NCBI GenBank assembly: GCA_020718905.1
Contig: DYRD01000005.1
Span: 1-57,140, forward strand
Reading direction: 5' to 3'
Origin: Syntrophus aciditrophicus
GTDB taxonomy: Bacteria > Desulfobacterota > Syntrophia > Syntrophales > UBA8958
DNA length: 57,140 bases
The position numbers and the translations under genes are program-made. Under the pieces are notes generated by a model, which was not told the DNA's origin, did not search any database, and saw only the letters and a program-made list of their open reading frames with translations. This document shows, one piece after another, positions 1 through 8,688 of the stretch (position 1 is the first letter of the stretch; each line of letters starts with the position of its first letter).

Positions 1-1
1 A

Positions 2-52
2 TTTCCCACTTATAAAAACCTGTATCCTGTCCAAACAACCCCCACCACCTCT
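2..52. repeat. Left copy of a 51-nt perfect terminal inverted repeat, probably the end of a repeated mobile element lying outside the window
   Basis: nt 2-52 are the exact reverse complement of nt 57090-57140. The match stops abruptly at 53 / 57089. The repeat cuts the neighbouring metallophosphoesterase frame just after a DLTH motif. Confidence 0.85.
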
Positions 53-321
53 GTGTGTCAAATCGACGGTAAATATGACAAACCTTGGCTGATATTTGAG
101 GTTATTAACGGCGTCGATCGCTTTCTTGAGCGTTCCCGTCGCATCCGGGTTTATAGTTGGGTTAGCAAATCCCCAATGGGTGTCTGAAATCTGGATGAAA
201 AAGAAATCATCTTTACTTGGGCCTGCCGCATCTGCCGTCTGATTCATATTGCTGAGGACCGATACAAAAACGACACTGCCAATTCCCGCTAGCTTCAAAA
301 ATCTCTCCTGTCGATGTTCAT
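53..321 (-). pseudogene. Tat-signal metallophosphoesterase, N-terminal fragment only; frameshifted and truncated
   Basis: GGAGGTG RBS then ATG at 321. It reads MNIDRRDF then TGA. The -1 frame continues LKLAGIGSVVFVSVLS...FFFIQISDTHWG...FVIFTVDLTH. The Tat motif RRDFLKLAG is only restored by a 1-nt change in the A5 run at 297-301. The frame then runs into the terminal repeat at 52. Confidence 0.6.
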
Positions 322-492
322 AAGCACCTCCCCTGAGATTCACACTAAAAAGGTCTTTATGATCAGCTCTTACGAGCATATTGTTTCACACACTATAAAA
401 AACAAGGGCAATTTAACAATCAGGGATTCCCTCATTTTAAACTTCGAAAAATCTTAATTCCCTGGCGGGAAAAGATCCTGGATCATATGACA

Positions 493-546
493 TTGGAGTA
501 TATGCCGCCTTATCGCTATGAATTGAATCCCAGTAACGGCGTCTGA
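493..546 (+). mobile_element. Possible IS630/Tc1-type transposase C-terminal remnant
   Basis: The short frame LEYMPPYRYELNPSNGV-stop resembles the conserved LPPYSPELNPIE motif of DDE_3 transposases. There is no upstream ORF. Confidence 0.3.
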
Positions 547-558
547 AAATTGACAGTC

Positions 559-586
559 ACTGGTTCAATCCCAGTACCGCCTACCA
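559..586 (+). other. Orphan tRNA 3'-end remnant (T-arm plus acceptor plus CCA), att-like scar
   Basis: ACTGG-TTCAATC-CCAGT T-arm, then ACCGCCT-A-CCA. No complementary 5' acceptor strand (AGGCGGT) occurs upstream. A hairpin plus T-run follows at about 599-628. Confidence 0.45.
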
Positions 587-826
587 TGAACATCAAGGGG
601 CTACGGAACAGGCCGTAACCGCTTTTTTATTGGCGGGTGTACCTTCCGGGTGCGTTTTTTATCTTTATCGGGTCAAATAGTCAGTGACATCTCAATCTGA
701 TTTAGGCTATTAATAGGTTGGAATCGAACATTCAGGTCGCTCCTTATTTATCATAGGGGCTGATTAGATGGACAAGGAACTCATCAATACATACCGTACT
801 CGGGAAAAGACTTTTAAAAAACAACC

Positions 827-1132
827 ATGAATGACGAAAAGAAGCCGAAATCACTAGCGGAAGCCGTGGACATGCTGCATGCCAACATGGGTTTGAACGA
901 CGAAATCATATTATCTACCATGAATGAAGAAGATCTCATTGATGTCCATGTTGCTCTTGGTTATCATATTGGGCATGAATTCGGACTCTTGACCGGAAAT
1001 ACCGCCCTCCTTGAATCTTGCCGTATAATGTCAGGAGAGGAAAATCTCCATATAGAGAGCGCATCAAAGCTGATTGTTAAAGCATTATGGGAACAGGTAA
1101 AAAAGTCAAATATACCTGCCGACCATGAATAA
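827..1132 (+). CDS. Hypothetical protein (101 aa)
   Basis: Clean ORF. No family recognised. Confidence 0.45.
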   Translation: MNDEKKPKSLAEAVDMLHANMGLNDEIILSTMNEEDLIDVHVALGYHIGHEFGLLTGNTALLESCRIMSGEENLHIESASKLIVKALWEQVKKSNIPADHE

Positions 1133-1172
1133 TATCGGGAGTATAGACAATCATCAATAAGGAGGGGTCGCG

Positions 1173-1739
1173 ATGGTAAAAAAGGTTATCGTGCTTTTGG
1201 GGAGTCCGAGAAGAAAAGGCAATAGCGCGATGCTGGCAGATCAGATGACCAAAGGGGCAAAATCCGCCAAGGGGAAGGTCGAACTTGTCTATCTCCAAGG
1301 CATGAACATCGCACCTTGCAAAGCCTGCTTTACATGCCGGAAGAAAAACAGCAAGGGCTGCTCAATCCAGGATGACATGCAAGAGCTTTATCCAAAGCTG
1401 ATCAAAGCCGAGGCATGGGTTATTGCCAGCCCTATTTATTGGTTTACCATGTCGGCACAGACAAAAATATTCATGGATAGATGTTTCGCATTGCCGGCTT
1501 ACGGAAATGATCCCTTCAAGGGCAAAAGGATTGCGGTCGCCATGACCTACGGTGGCGATGATCCCTTCGATTCGGGTTGTGTCAACGCCTTGAGAACTTT
1601 TCAGGACGCCTTTGGGTATATAGGAGCCAAGCTTGTCGGGATGGTCTATGGGAGTGCTATGGACGCCGGGCTGATCAAGTTCAATGATAAAGTCATGGAA
1701 GAGGCTTTCGAGCTGGGAAGGAAACTTGTTGCAGAGTGA
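1173..1739 (+). CDS. Flavodoxin-family / NADPH-dependent FMN reductase-like iron-sulfur flavoprotein
   Basis: N-terminus VIVLLGSPRRKGNS, a Cys cluster CKACFTCRKKNSKGC and ASPIYWFTMSAQTK are typical of this family. GGAGG RBS upstream. Confidence 0.75.
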   Translation: MVKKVIVLLGSPRRKGNSAMLADQMTKGAKSAKGKVELVYLQGMNIAPCKACFTCRKKNSKGCSIQDDMQELYPKLIKAEAWVIASPIYWFTMSAQTKIFMDRCFALPAYGNDPFKGKRIAVAMTYGGDDPFDSGCVNALRTFQDAFGYIGAKLVGMVYGSAMDAGLIKFNDKVMEEAFELGRKLVAE

Positions 1740-1818
1740 TCATTGCCATAATGAAGGATCGCGGCATGGCAGCAAAGGGGACTATTTGCCTTGAGAATCT
1801 TGGTAAAGGATAAATAAA

Positions 1819-2199
1819 ATGGACAAATTGACAGAAGGTTACCCGGTCGTCATTGAGATCCCGGTGGCATGGGGAGAGATGGACGCTTTCCAGCATCTCA
1901 ACAATATTGTTTATTTTAGATATCTTGAAAGCGCCCGGATTGCCTATTTTGAAAAATTGAATGTTCTGGATCTCATGACCAGAACAGGAATCGGCCCTAT
2001 CCTCGCCGCAACATCCTGCAAATTCAGGATGCCTCTGACATATCCCGATAAAGTTCTTGTCGGCGCTAAAGTGACAAATAAGGTAGCCGCCGAAGGCGAT
2101 GGCTTGATCGTAGCCTTCAATTATCATGAAAATAAAAAGGCAATCATCTCAGATGAGCTGAGACAGAGAATAATTGATGTTGAAAAGACGGTTTCATAA
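1819..2199 (+). CDS. Acyl-CoA thioesterase, 4HBT/YbgC-like hotdog fold
   Basis: VAWGEMDAFQHLNNIVYFRYLESARIAYFEKL matches the thioesterase N-terminal signature. At 126 aa it is somewhat short for the family. Confidence 0.65.
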   Translation: MDKLTEGYPVVIEIPVAWGEMDAFQHLNNIVYFRYLESARIAYFEKLNVLDLMTRTGIGPILAATSCKFRMPLTYPDKVLVGAKVTNKVAAEGDGLIVAFNYHENKKAIISDELRQRIIDVEKTVS

Positions 2200-2201
2200 T
2201 T

Positions 2202-2528
2202 ATGAGCTCCGTGGGGAATCTCTTTGCCGATATCGGAGAGAGCCTAAGAAACGAACTTGTTGAAACCATCCTCCAGGCACCCGGTTTCCGTATCGAAAAA
2301 ATTGTTTCCCATGGCCATTCCTCGCCGGAAGATTTTTGGTACGATCAGGAAGAACATGAATGGGTTATTCTCCTCAAGGGAAGAGCCGTGCTTCGCTTTG
2401 AAGATCAATCCGAAAGCATGACGATGACCCCCGGCAATTACATCACGATCGCAAAGCATCAAAGGCATCGGGTGGAATGGACAGACCCGGAAGAGGAGAC
2501 CATCTGGCTTGCCGTCCATTATACATGA
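2202..2528 (+). CDS. Cupin domain protein
   Basis: 108 aa. HGHSSPEDFWYDQEEHEWVILLKGRA...HQRHRVEW is a cupin_2-like pattern. Tightly coupled to the preceding gene. Confidence 0.6.
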   Translation: MSSVGNLFADIGESLRNELVETILQAPGFRIEKIVSHGHSSPEDFWYDQEEHEWVILLKGRAVLRFEDQSESMTMTPGNYITIAKHQRHRVEWTDPEEETIWLAVHYT

Positions 2529-2577
2529 TTGTGCGGGCCTTACTGCGAAGAAATTCCTGGGGGATCGATAATGACTT

Positions 2578-3015
2578 TCATGCCTCTAATTCTTGCGGGA
2601 GGAAAGGTAACGGTTTGTCAATCCTATAGACAAGAGCCTGACAAAGGACAAGCAGCCGGCTCTCTCCTTCAACTACCTTGATATCATAAATTGCTGTTTT
2701 GTTAGTGCGATTCATCTCTCTGGCTTCAGCGGTTAACGTCGAACCGGGAGAAGGAGAAGCGAGATAACTGATGTTCATGTTCAAGGCGACGGCAACAGTG
2801 CCGTGAGCATTAGAGGCTGTTTCAAAGGCTTCATCAATCAGCGCAAATAATGCACCCCCGTGGGATTTCCCGAAGATGTTCTCCATATCCGGTGTGAAGA
2901 CCATGGTAACCTTTGCATAACCCTCATCCAGATCCATCAGCTTCAGGCTGAATTTTTCGGCGAAAGGTTCCTTAGCTACCTGCTTGAAGATTGCTTCCCT
3001 AATCTTGGTGTCCAT
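2578..3015 (-). CDS. PaaI-family hotdog thioesterase
   Basis: HGGALFALIDEAFETASN and the overall 145-aa layout are typical of PaaI/YdiI thioesterases. Confidence 0.7.
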   Translation of the reverse strand: MDTKIREAIFKQVAKEPFAEKFSLKLMDLDEGYAKVTMVFTPDMENIFGKSHGGALFALIDEAFETASNAHGTVAVALNMNISYLASPSPGSTLTAEAREMNRTNKTAIYDIKVVEGESRLLVLCQALVYRIDKPLPFLPQELEA

Positions 3016-3221
3016 ACTGCCCCTCCCTGATTTGGATAGCCTGTCTGTTAGATCCGTGGGCCATATAAACTGTTTCTATCGTTTCGTTCAAGCAATTTTA
3101 AAGATTCATTAAAAAACTCTCGATACTGGGCCCGCAAATCATCACCTTGCTCCGTACTTGTTTTAAATATATCTATTAAATACAATGATATGTGATCATT
3201 GTACATCCCCCTCGCACAACT

Positions 3222-3236
3222 TGGCACACTTTAAGC
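3222..3236 (+). promoter_or_regulatory. Candidate sigma-54 (-24/-12) promoter
   Basis: TGGCAC-N5-AAGC has canonical GG-N10-GC spacing. It lies about 57 nt upstream of the ATG at 3293. Confidence 0.3.
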
Positions 3237-3292
3237 GGTATATAAAGTCAAACGAAACAAATAAAAAAAATAGACATAGTAGGACACAGATC

Positions 3293-3547
3293 ATGAAAAA
3301 GACATTAGGAACAATGGCAGCGGCAATGGTGGTGGTTCTTTTGACGGGAACTTTCGCTTTGGCGGAATACGCAGCGGCGGGTGTGGCCAACTTCCCCTAC
3401 TTCCAGCTTGGATGCCTGATTATCGGCGGGATGACCGTGATCAGTCTGAAGCACAAGTATGAGAAGATGTACACGGGAGAGGTCGCCGGAGTTTTCGCCC
3501 TCTTCACCAATCCCGTCATCGAGGGCATCAAGAACCTGGTCGGCTAA
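3293..3547 (+). CDS. Small membrane protein (84 aa)
   Basis: MKKTLGTMAAAMVVVLLTGTFALA signal/TM segment followed by a second hydrophobic segment. The internal ATG was chosen over the ORF-track start at 3185. Confidence 0.5.
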   Translation: MKKTLGTMAAAMVVVLLTGTFALAEYAAAGVANFPYFQLGCLIIGGMTVISLKHKYEKMYTGEVAGVFALFTNPVIEGIKNLVG

Positions 3548-3605
3548 GAGCAACAATATTTATGGGAAACACAAACTAATAACCAGAGGAAGGGAGGACC
3601 ACCTC

Positions 3606-3869
3606 ATGACAGCACGGCAAAATACCCAAAAATCCCTGTATCACCAGTACCGTCACATCATGGCCATCAGCGCCTGGGGATTCGCGATTGCCTTTGCTGC
3701 CGTTGGTGTCAAACCGGAACTGCGTCCTGCTCAAGAGATAATGCCGGCCCGCGTGGCCTGGCAGGGGGCAATAAAAACTGATCTTGGGAACAAAAATCAT
3801 GAGGCCGTTGCGGCGGCTAACTATGATTTCAATAGCAAGTGCACCGACTGCCACAAGAAGCCGATGTAA
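3606..3869 (+). CDS. Small protein with one TM segment and a C-terminal CXXCH motif (possible monoheme c-type cytochrome)
   Basis: GGAGG RBS then ATG at 3606. Contains AISAWGFAIAFAAVGV (TM) and CTDCH near the C-terminus. Confidence 0.4.
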   Translation: MTARQNTQKSLYHQYRHIMAISAWGFAIAFAAVGVKPELRPAQEIMPARVAWQGAIKTDLGNKNHEAVAAANYDFNSKCTDCHKKPM

Positions 3870-3965
3870 GCAATAGAACGATGAGCAGGTGTTAGCAAGG
3901 ACAATGGCCGGTATTGCTACCCCGGCCATTGTCCTTTTCTGCCTCTTTCTTGCGGTCGAATTATC

Positions 3966-4412
3966 TTACCAGGAACCCCTTTCCATGCAGTTTTCAATAA
4001 ACGCCAGGGATTTGCTTTCCCCCTCTTGAAAGTATTTATAGAGCTGTTTGCCCACATCGGGGTACAAAGGGCAATCCTTCAGTTTGGTTACAGGGACCCA
4101 GACGATATCCAGGGAGTGGGTATGATCGGGTCTGACTTTCGGGATGCCGTGGACCGCTGTGCCTAAAAAAATGGTGTGCAGCGTCTGGGAGTGTCTTTTG
4201 GTGCCCGGCGCTTCTCCGACCAGGATGATATTGCCGACTTCAACTTTCACCCCCAGTTCGTTCTTCCATTCGCTTATGACAGCTTCCTGCAGGGGCACAT
4301 CCCGGTCCACGCCCCCACCCGGAAGGGCGAAAACATCTTTTCCTCCATAGACATACTTCATGCAGAGGATCTCGTTTGCCTGTTCAAAAACTGCGGATAC
4401 CCGGACTCTCAT
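3966..4412 (-). CDS. NUDIX hydrolase
   Basis: LPGGGVDRDVPLQEAVISEWKNELG matches the Nudix box GX5EX7REUXEEXGU loosely. Confidence 0.7.
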   Translation of the reverse strand: MRVRVSAVFEQANEILCMKYVYGGKDVFALPGGGVDRDVPLQEAVISEWKNELGVKVEVGNIILVGEAPGTKRHSQTLHTIFLGTAVHGIPKVRPDHTHSLDIVWVPVTKLKDCPLYPDVGKQLYKYFQEGESKSLAFIENCMERGSW

Positions 4413-4552
4413 CGTTCCTCCTTTGGTTTCAATAACCAGCCGTTCTCATCTGCTCAATTGAGCATCCTGGACACTATAAATACCAGTAGGATTGATTACT
4501 TATATTACAAGGAATGGCGGATAAATGCAATCCATCTTTGTCGGGCCGATTC

Positions 4553-5548
4553 TCAGGGCAGGGCGATCTTCAGGGTGCCCCCTCTGCCCAGAATATCATG
4601 AAGGTGGATATATCCCTTTAGGGTATTCTTCGCATTGGCAACGACCAGGGTGGTGATTTCGTCGCGTTGCATCGACTCGATGGTCTGGGCGAGAGGGATG
4701 GTTTCATCGATTGTCTTGGGGTTGCGGGTCATGACCTCATCAACGGTTTTGTCATGAAAGGAGACGCCTCGTTTTACCAGACGACGGAGATCGCCATCGG
4801 TAAAAATCCCGAGGAGGGTCTTTTTTCTGTCTGTCACGAGGACAAAACCCTTGTTGTTAGCGTCCATTTCTTCAATAGCCCGGGCCGCCGGCACGCCGGC
4901 AAGAACCTTTGGCGTTTGCGCGTAGCTGATCATTACCTCCTTGACCTTTGCCCGCAGGCGCATCCCGAGATTGCCGCCGGGATGAAACTTATAGAAGTCT
5001 TTTTCGTTGAACTTCCGTTTTTCTATGAGGGCTACGGCCAGGGCATCGCCCATGGCGAGGGCGGCGGTGGAACTTGAGGTCGGGGCCAGGCCGAAGGGGC
5101 AGGCCTCCCTTTCCACGCCGACATCGATGACGAGATTGCAGGATCGGGCAAGGGAGGAATTTGTATTGCCCGTTAAGGCAATCAGGGTCGCCCCGATTTC
5201 CCGGACGCTTGTTACGATGAGATTTAGTTCGTTGGTTTCGCCGCTGTTGGAGATGGCCAGGACGATATCATTTTTCGTTACGATCCCGAGATCTCCGTGC
5301 ATTCCCTCGACGGGATGAAGAAAGATGGCCTGAGTCCCCGTGCTGGTCAGGGTGGCGACGATTTTCTTGCCGATCAGGCCTGACTTCCCGATGCCGGTGA
5401 CAATGACCCGGCCATTGGATTTGTAGATCGTATCGACGGCTTTGGTAAAGTTTTCATTCAACTTGCCAATGAGACCGGAGATGCTTTCCGCTTCTATTTT
5501 CAGGACATCCTTCGCAAGTTGGATGGATTGATCCTTTTTCTTTATCAT
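4553..5548 (-). CDS. kdsD: Arabinose-5-phosphate isomerase (KpsF/GutQ family; SIS plus tandem CBS domains)
   Basis: VTGIGKSGLIGKKIVATLTSTGT, ISNSGET and a C-terminal CBS pair. Start set at MIKKKDQ (GGGGAG RBS) rather than the ORF-track start at 5611. Confidence 0.85.
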   Translation of the reverse strand: MIKKKDQSIQLAKDVLKIEAESISGLIGKLNENFTKAVDTIYKSNGRVIVTGIGKSGLIGKKIVATLTSTGTQAIFLHPVEGMHGDLGIVTKNDIVLAISNSGETNELNLIVTSVREIGATLIALTGNTNSSLARSCNLVIDVGVEREACPFGLAPTSSSTAALAMGDALAVALIEKRKFNEKDFYKFHPGGNLGMRLRAKVKEVMISYAQTPKVLAGVPAARAIEEMDANNKGFVLVTDRKKTLLGIFTDGDLRRLVKRGVSFHDKTVDEVMTRNPKTIDETIPLAQTIESMQRDEITTLVVANAKNTLKGYIHLHDILGRGGTLKIALP

Positions 5549-6087
5549 GATTACTCCCCTATCATGGTGAACTAGGATGGCGACGCTATCAGAATTTATT
5601 TTTTCTGACAAGGAGGTTTTTTCCTTGTTGAGGCGTTTTCATTGACAGTGGGAAAGTACCCATCTATATTTCCGCCCTGAGGAGGCATGATGGCCGTAAA
5701 GCGATTTCCCTGATCCCCGTTCATCGGTGGTTGTCTGATTGCTCTATTTATGATGCTCATGGCGTTCCATGTAGGCATTATTTCGCTATTGACAACCGGG
5801 ACCAGGCAATTGGAAAAGACTGCCGTTATGCCGCAGATGGAAAAAGACGCATGGATGAATATTTACCAGCAGGACCGTAAAATAGGCTAAACTCATCGAA
5901 CCTTCTCCCGCCGGGAGCAGGGATTCGGATTAAGGGAAGATGTATTGATGCATATTCAGACCATGGGCGTCGTCCCGGGCATTTCTCTCAAGACCGAGGG
6001 CGCCCTGAACCATGATATGACCTTGGCTGCTTTTGACTTTGATCTGACGTCCAACCTTTTTCGTTTTCATGCCCGGGGTAAGGTCAC

Positions 6088-7000
6088 ATGGTGGTGATGA
6101 CCTTTTTTACCTTGCTCCTCTTCAGCAGCGTCATTGTGACCCTCTCAAAGCTATACATCAGCCGGGATCTCCCCCTGGTCCATTCCCTTCCCGTCGCAGC
6201 GGAGCAGGTCTTCCTGGCCCGCTGGCTGGAGAGCCTGATTGACAGTTCCTGTATGGTGATCCTCTTCAGCCTGCCCATCCTTCTTTCCTACGGCATGGTT
6301 TTCAAGGTGGGCATATTTTTCTACGGGATGTCGTTTTTGTCCATCTTTTCCCTCTGTCTCGTGGCCTCGGGACTGAGCACCGTCGCCGTCCTGGAGGCAG
6401 CTACGGTCCTGCCGGCCGGGCAGATTCGCACGATTTCCGTCTTTTCCGGGGTCATGCTGATCCTGATCCTCGTCATCGCCGTACGGATGATGCGGCCGGA
6501 ACAGCTTGTCAACCCCGAGACCTTCGCCTCCGTCGCCGTTTACCTCCAATCCCTGGAGACCACGGGCTCGCCTCTCCTGCCCACGACCTGGAACTATTCT
6601 GAGCGAGATCCTGATTGTGGTCTCCAATATCCTCCTCGATGTGACCCCCTTCATGATGATCCTTTCCGTGACCACCGTGTTTTTCATGGTTCCCGGGATC
6701 GTGGCCCTGGGGATCGGTTGTGGGGCCGCCTATCCTGATTTTGCTTCGGAAAACCCCACCCAGACCGTGACCAGCTTCGGGGGACTCCTCTATATGACCA
6801 TCTGCGCGGGCTTTATCGCCCTGGTCATCGTCCTGGAGGCGGGGCCGGTCTATGCCGTTTTCATGCCCGGAATCAGGGGACGGGCCCTGGATGCCCTCCA
6901 ATGGGTCTGGCTCGCCGGGTCCTTTAGCCTGGTCTTCGTGCTATGCGCCCTGGCCGTGGCCCTTCCCATGCAGATGGGGGAGAAGCGCCTGCGGAGGTGA
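6088..7000 (+). pseudogene. Polytopic membrane protein (putative ABC-exporter-like permease), frameshifted
   Basis: Two hydrophobic ORFs (6088..6738 in frame 1, 6506..7000 in frame 2) join sensibly near 6585-6605 (...SPLLPTTW / ILSEILIVVSNILLDVTPF...). Short hydrophobic ORF scraps at 5700-6090 in other frames may be further pieces. Confidence 0.5.
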
Positions 7001-7050
7001 GAAAAACAGGACTATTTGTCAACGCTTTGCATAAAAGTCTTGAATGATGA

Positions 7051-7405
7051 ATGGGGGTTGTTTTCATCTGTGGAGCCGGTGTGTCTCGCACACAGGCAGA
7101 TCTTCCTGATTTTTCTCTGTTGGCGCATTATGTTGTTCAAGAGTTAGGTGCAACATCTGAGGGTCCAGCACGACGAGTTCTTGAAGAAGCGGCAAAAATG
7201 GATCGAATCGCAGGTGTCACAGACGCTATTTCATATGACAGAATATTTGGATTCCTGGAGAACCTTTTCCGTCCGAGATATCGAAAGAGACGGTTTTATC
7301 CTGTCTGGCGCGGGTTTCCGTCGCGCCTATCTTACAGAAGGATGGGCGGCCTCTTTTATCAGATCGCTCTTGGATAACTATATTGTGGTTTTTGTCGGGT
7401 ATGCC
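7051..7405 (+). pseudogene. SIR2-like (SIR2_2 family) protein remnant, frameshifted and truncated
   Basis: N-terminus VVFICGAGVSRTQADLPDFSLLA. The frame changes near 7265 and continues SVRDIERDGF...LLDNYIVVFVGYA. No recognisable continuation after about 7405. Confidence 0.4.
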
Positions 7406-7567
7406 CAAATCGTCACCTGGGAGAAGCCTGCACTGATTGCCCTATGGAAAGCCCGGTGCGAAGCTGCCGCTGTGAACCGTGATTTTATCCATGCCCGCTG
7501 TCAGGCCGGAGAGGTTGGCGGCGAGGCTCTGGAAAATTATCGGGGTAAGATTGTAGAGCATTTCTTT

Positions 7568-7591
7568 CCCGTACATGGCCCCGTACATGGC
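7568..7591. repeat. Perfect 12-bp tandem duplication (CCCGTACATGGC x2)
   Basis: Read directly from the sequence. It lies in the non-coding or decayed stretch between the SIR2-like remnant and the crotonase gene. Confidence 0.9.
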
Positions 7592-7741
7592 TTTGGCAAA
7601 CTGAAGCCGGGAGAGGCACGCAAGGCCATCCGCTTTGCAACCAATCGTACGATTTTTTCGTACGATTGGACTGGCTACCCCACGGCAAACTGTAGGGTAG
7701 CTCATTGGGATGTCTCCAGATCACCTCTGAAACTATTGAAT

Positions 7742-8560
7742 CTATTGGTGTTTGCCTTTCTGTTTCTCCATTGACTTTACATAGGCGTCCTGAATGTCCT
7801 TCGTATTGAAAAAGGCCGAATTCCAGGCGGCGATGTATTTTAGGCCGTCATCAACGGAGTGATCTTCCATGTAGGTGAGAATCCTCTTCGTCCCTTTGAC
7901 TGCCGCCGAGGAGTTGTCGGCGATTTCTTCCGCCAGTTTAAGAGCGCCGGCCATCAGGCTGTCCTGATTTTCATAGATCTCGTTGATGAGCCCCATGCGC
8001 AGACATTCGTCGGCGGTAAAATCACGGCCCGTATAGGCCATCATGCGGGTGTTACCCTGGCCGATGATCTGGGGCAGGCGGTTCAGACTCCCCATGTCGG
8101 CCACGATGGCGATCCTCGTTTCCCGGATGGAGATGACCGTGTCCTTCGTTGCCAGGCGCAAATCACAGGCGGACATGAGATCGAGACCGGCGCCGATGCA
8201 GTGGCGATGGGCGGCGCCGATATAGATATTTTCCCCGTTGGCCATCCGGCTGAAACCTTCCTGCATCTGGAGGATAAGTTTATGGAATTCTTCTCTCTTA
8301 TCCGGCGTGGCCCCCTGGATGATCTCCGAGAAGGCGGTAAAAAAATCGAAGACATCGATGCCGACACTGAAAGATTTACCCTTGCCGGCGACAATGACGA
8401 CCCGGACATCGGAATCCTTCTCCAGATCACCCACGACAAAAGCGAGATCCCGCCAGAAGGGCCAGTTCATGGCATTAAGCTTATCCGCACGGTTCAGATA
8501 CAGGATGGCTATTTTCTTGTCCGCTATTTTTTCGACTTCGAAGAACGGGTAGTTGTTCAT
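7742..8560 (-). CDS. Enoyl-CoA hydratase/isomerase (crotonase) family protein
   Basis: KIAILYLNRADKLNAMN, VVIVAGKGKSFSVGIDV and AAHRHCIGAGLDLMSACDLR are crotonase signatures. Start at MNNYPFF with an AGGAG RBS. Confidence 0.85.
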   Translation of the reverse strand: MNNYPFFEVEKIADKKIAILYLNRADKLNAMNWPFWRDLAFVVGDLEKDSDVRVVIVAGKGKSFSVGIDVFDFFTAFSEIIQGATPDKREEFHKLILQMQEGFSRMANGENIYIGAAHRHCIGAGLDLMSACDLRLATKDTVISIRETRIAIVADMGSLNRLPQIIGQGNTRMMAYTGRDFTADECLRMGLINEIYENQDSLMAGALKLAEEIADNSSAAVKGTKRILTYMEDHSVDDGLKYIAAWNSAFFNTKDIQDAYVKSMEKQKGKHQ

Positions 8561-8688
8561 CTTCTGCAAACTCCTTTCGATATTGACATAAACCACTCTT
8601 TACCATGTTTTTCCATTGGTAGATAGAGACAGTTTTGGGGAGGTTCTTGGAGGTTGATCATCTTTGTTATCTTTGCTATGTGATTTTC

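Noticed and set aside
520-541. A second partial copy of the tRNA 3' end (ATTGAATCCCAGTAACGGCG resembles GTTCAATCCCAGTACCGCCT)
   Set aside because: This stretch falls within the reading frame that encodes the ...YELNPSNG transposase-like motif. The resemblance is short and lacks the acceptor/CCA, so I treat it as coincidental.
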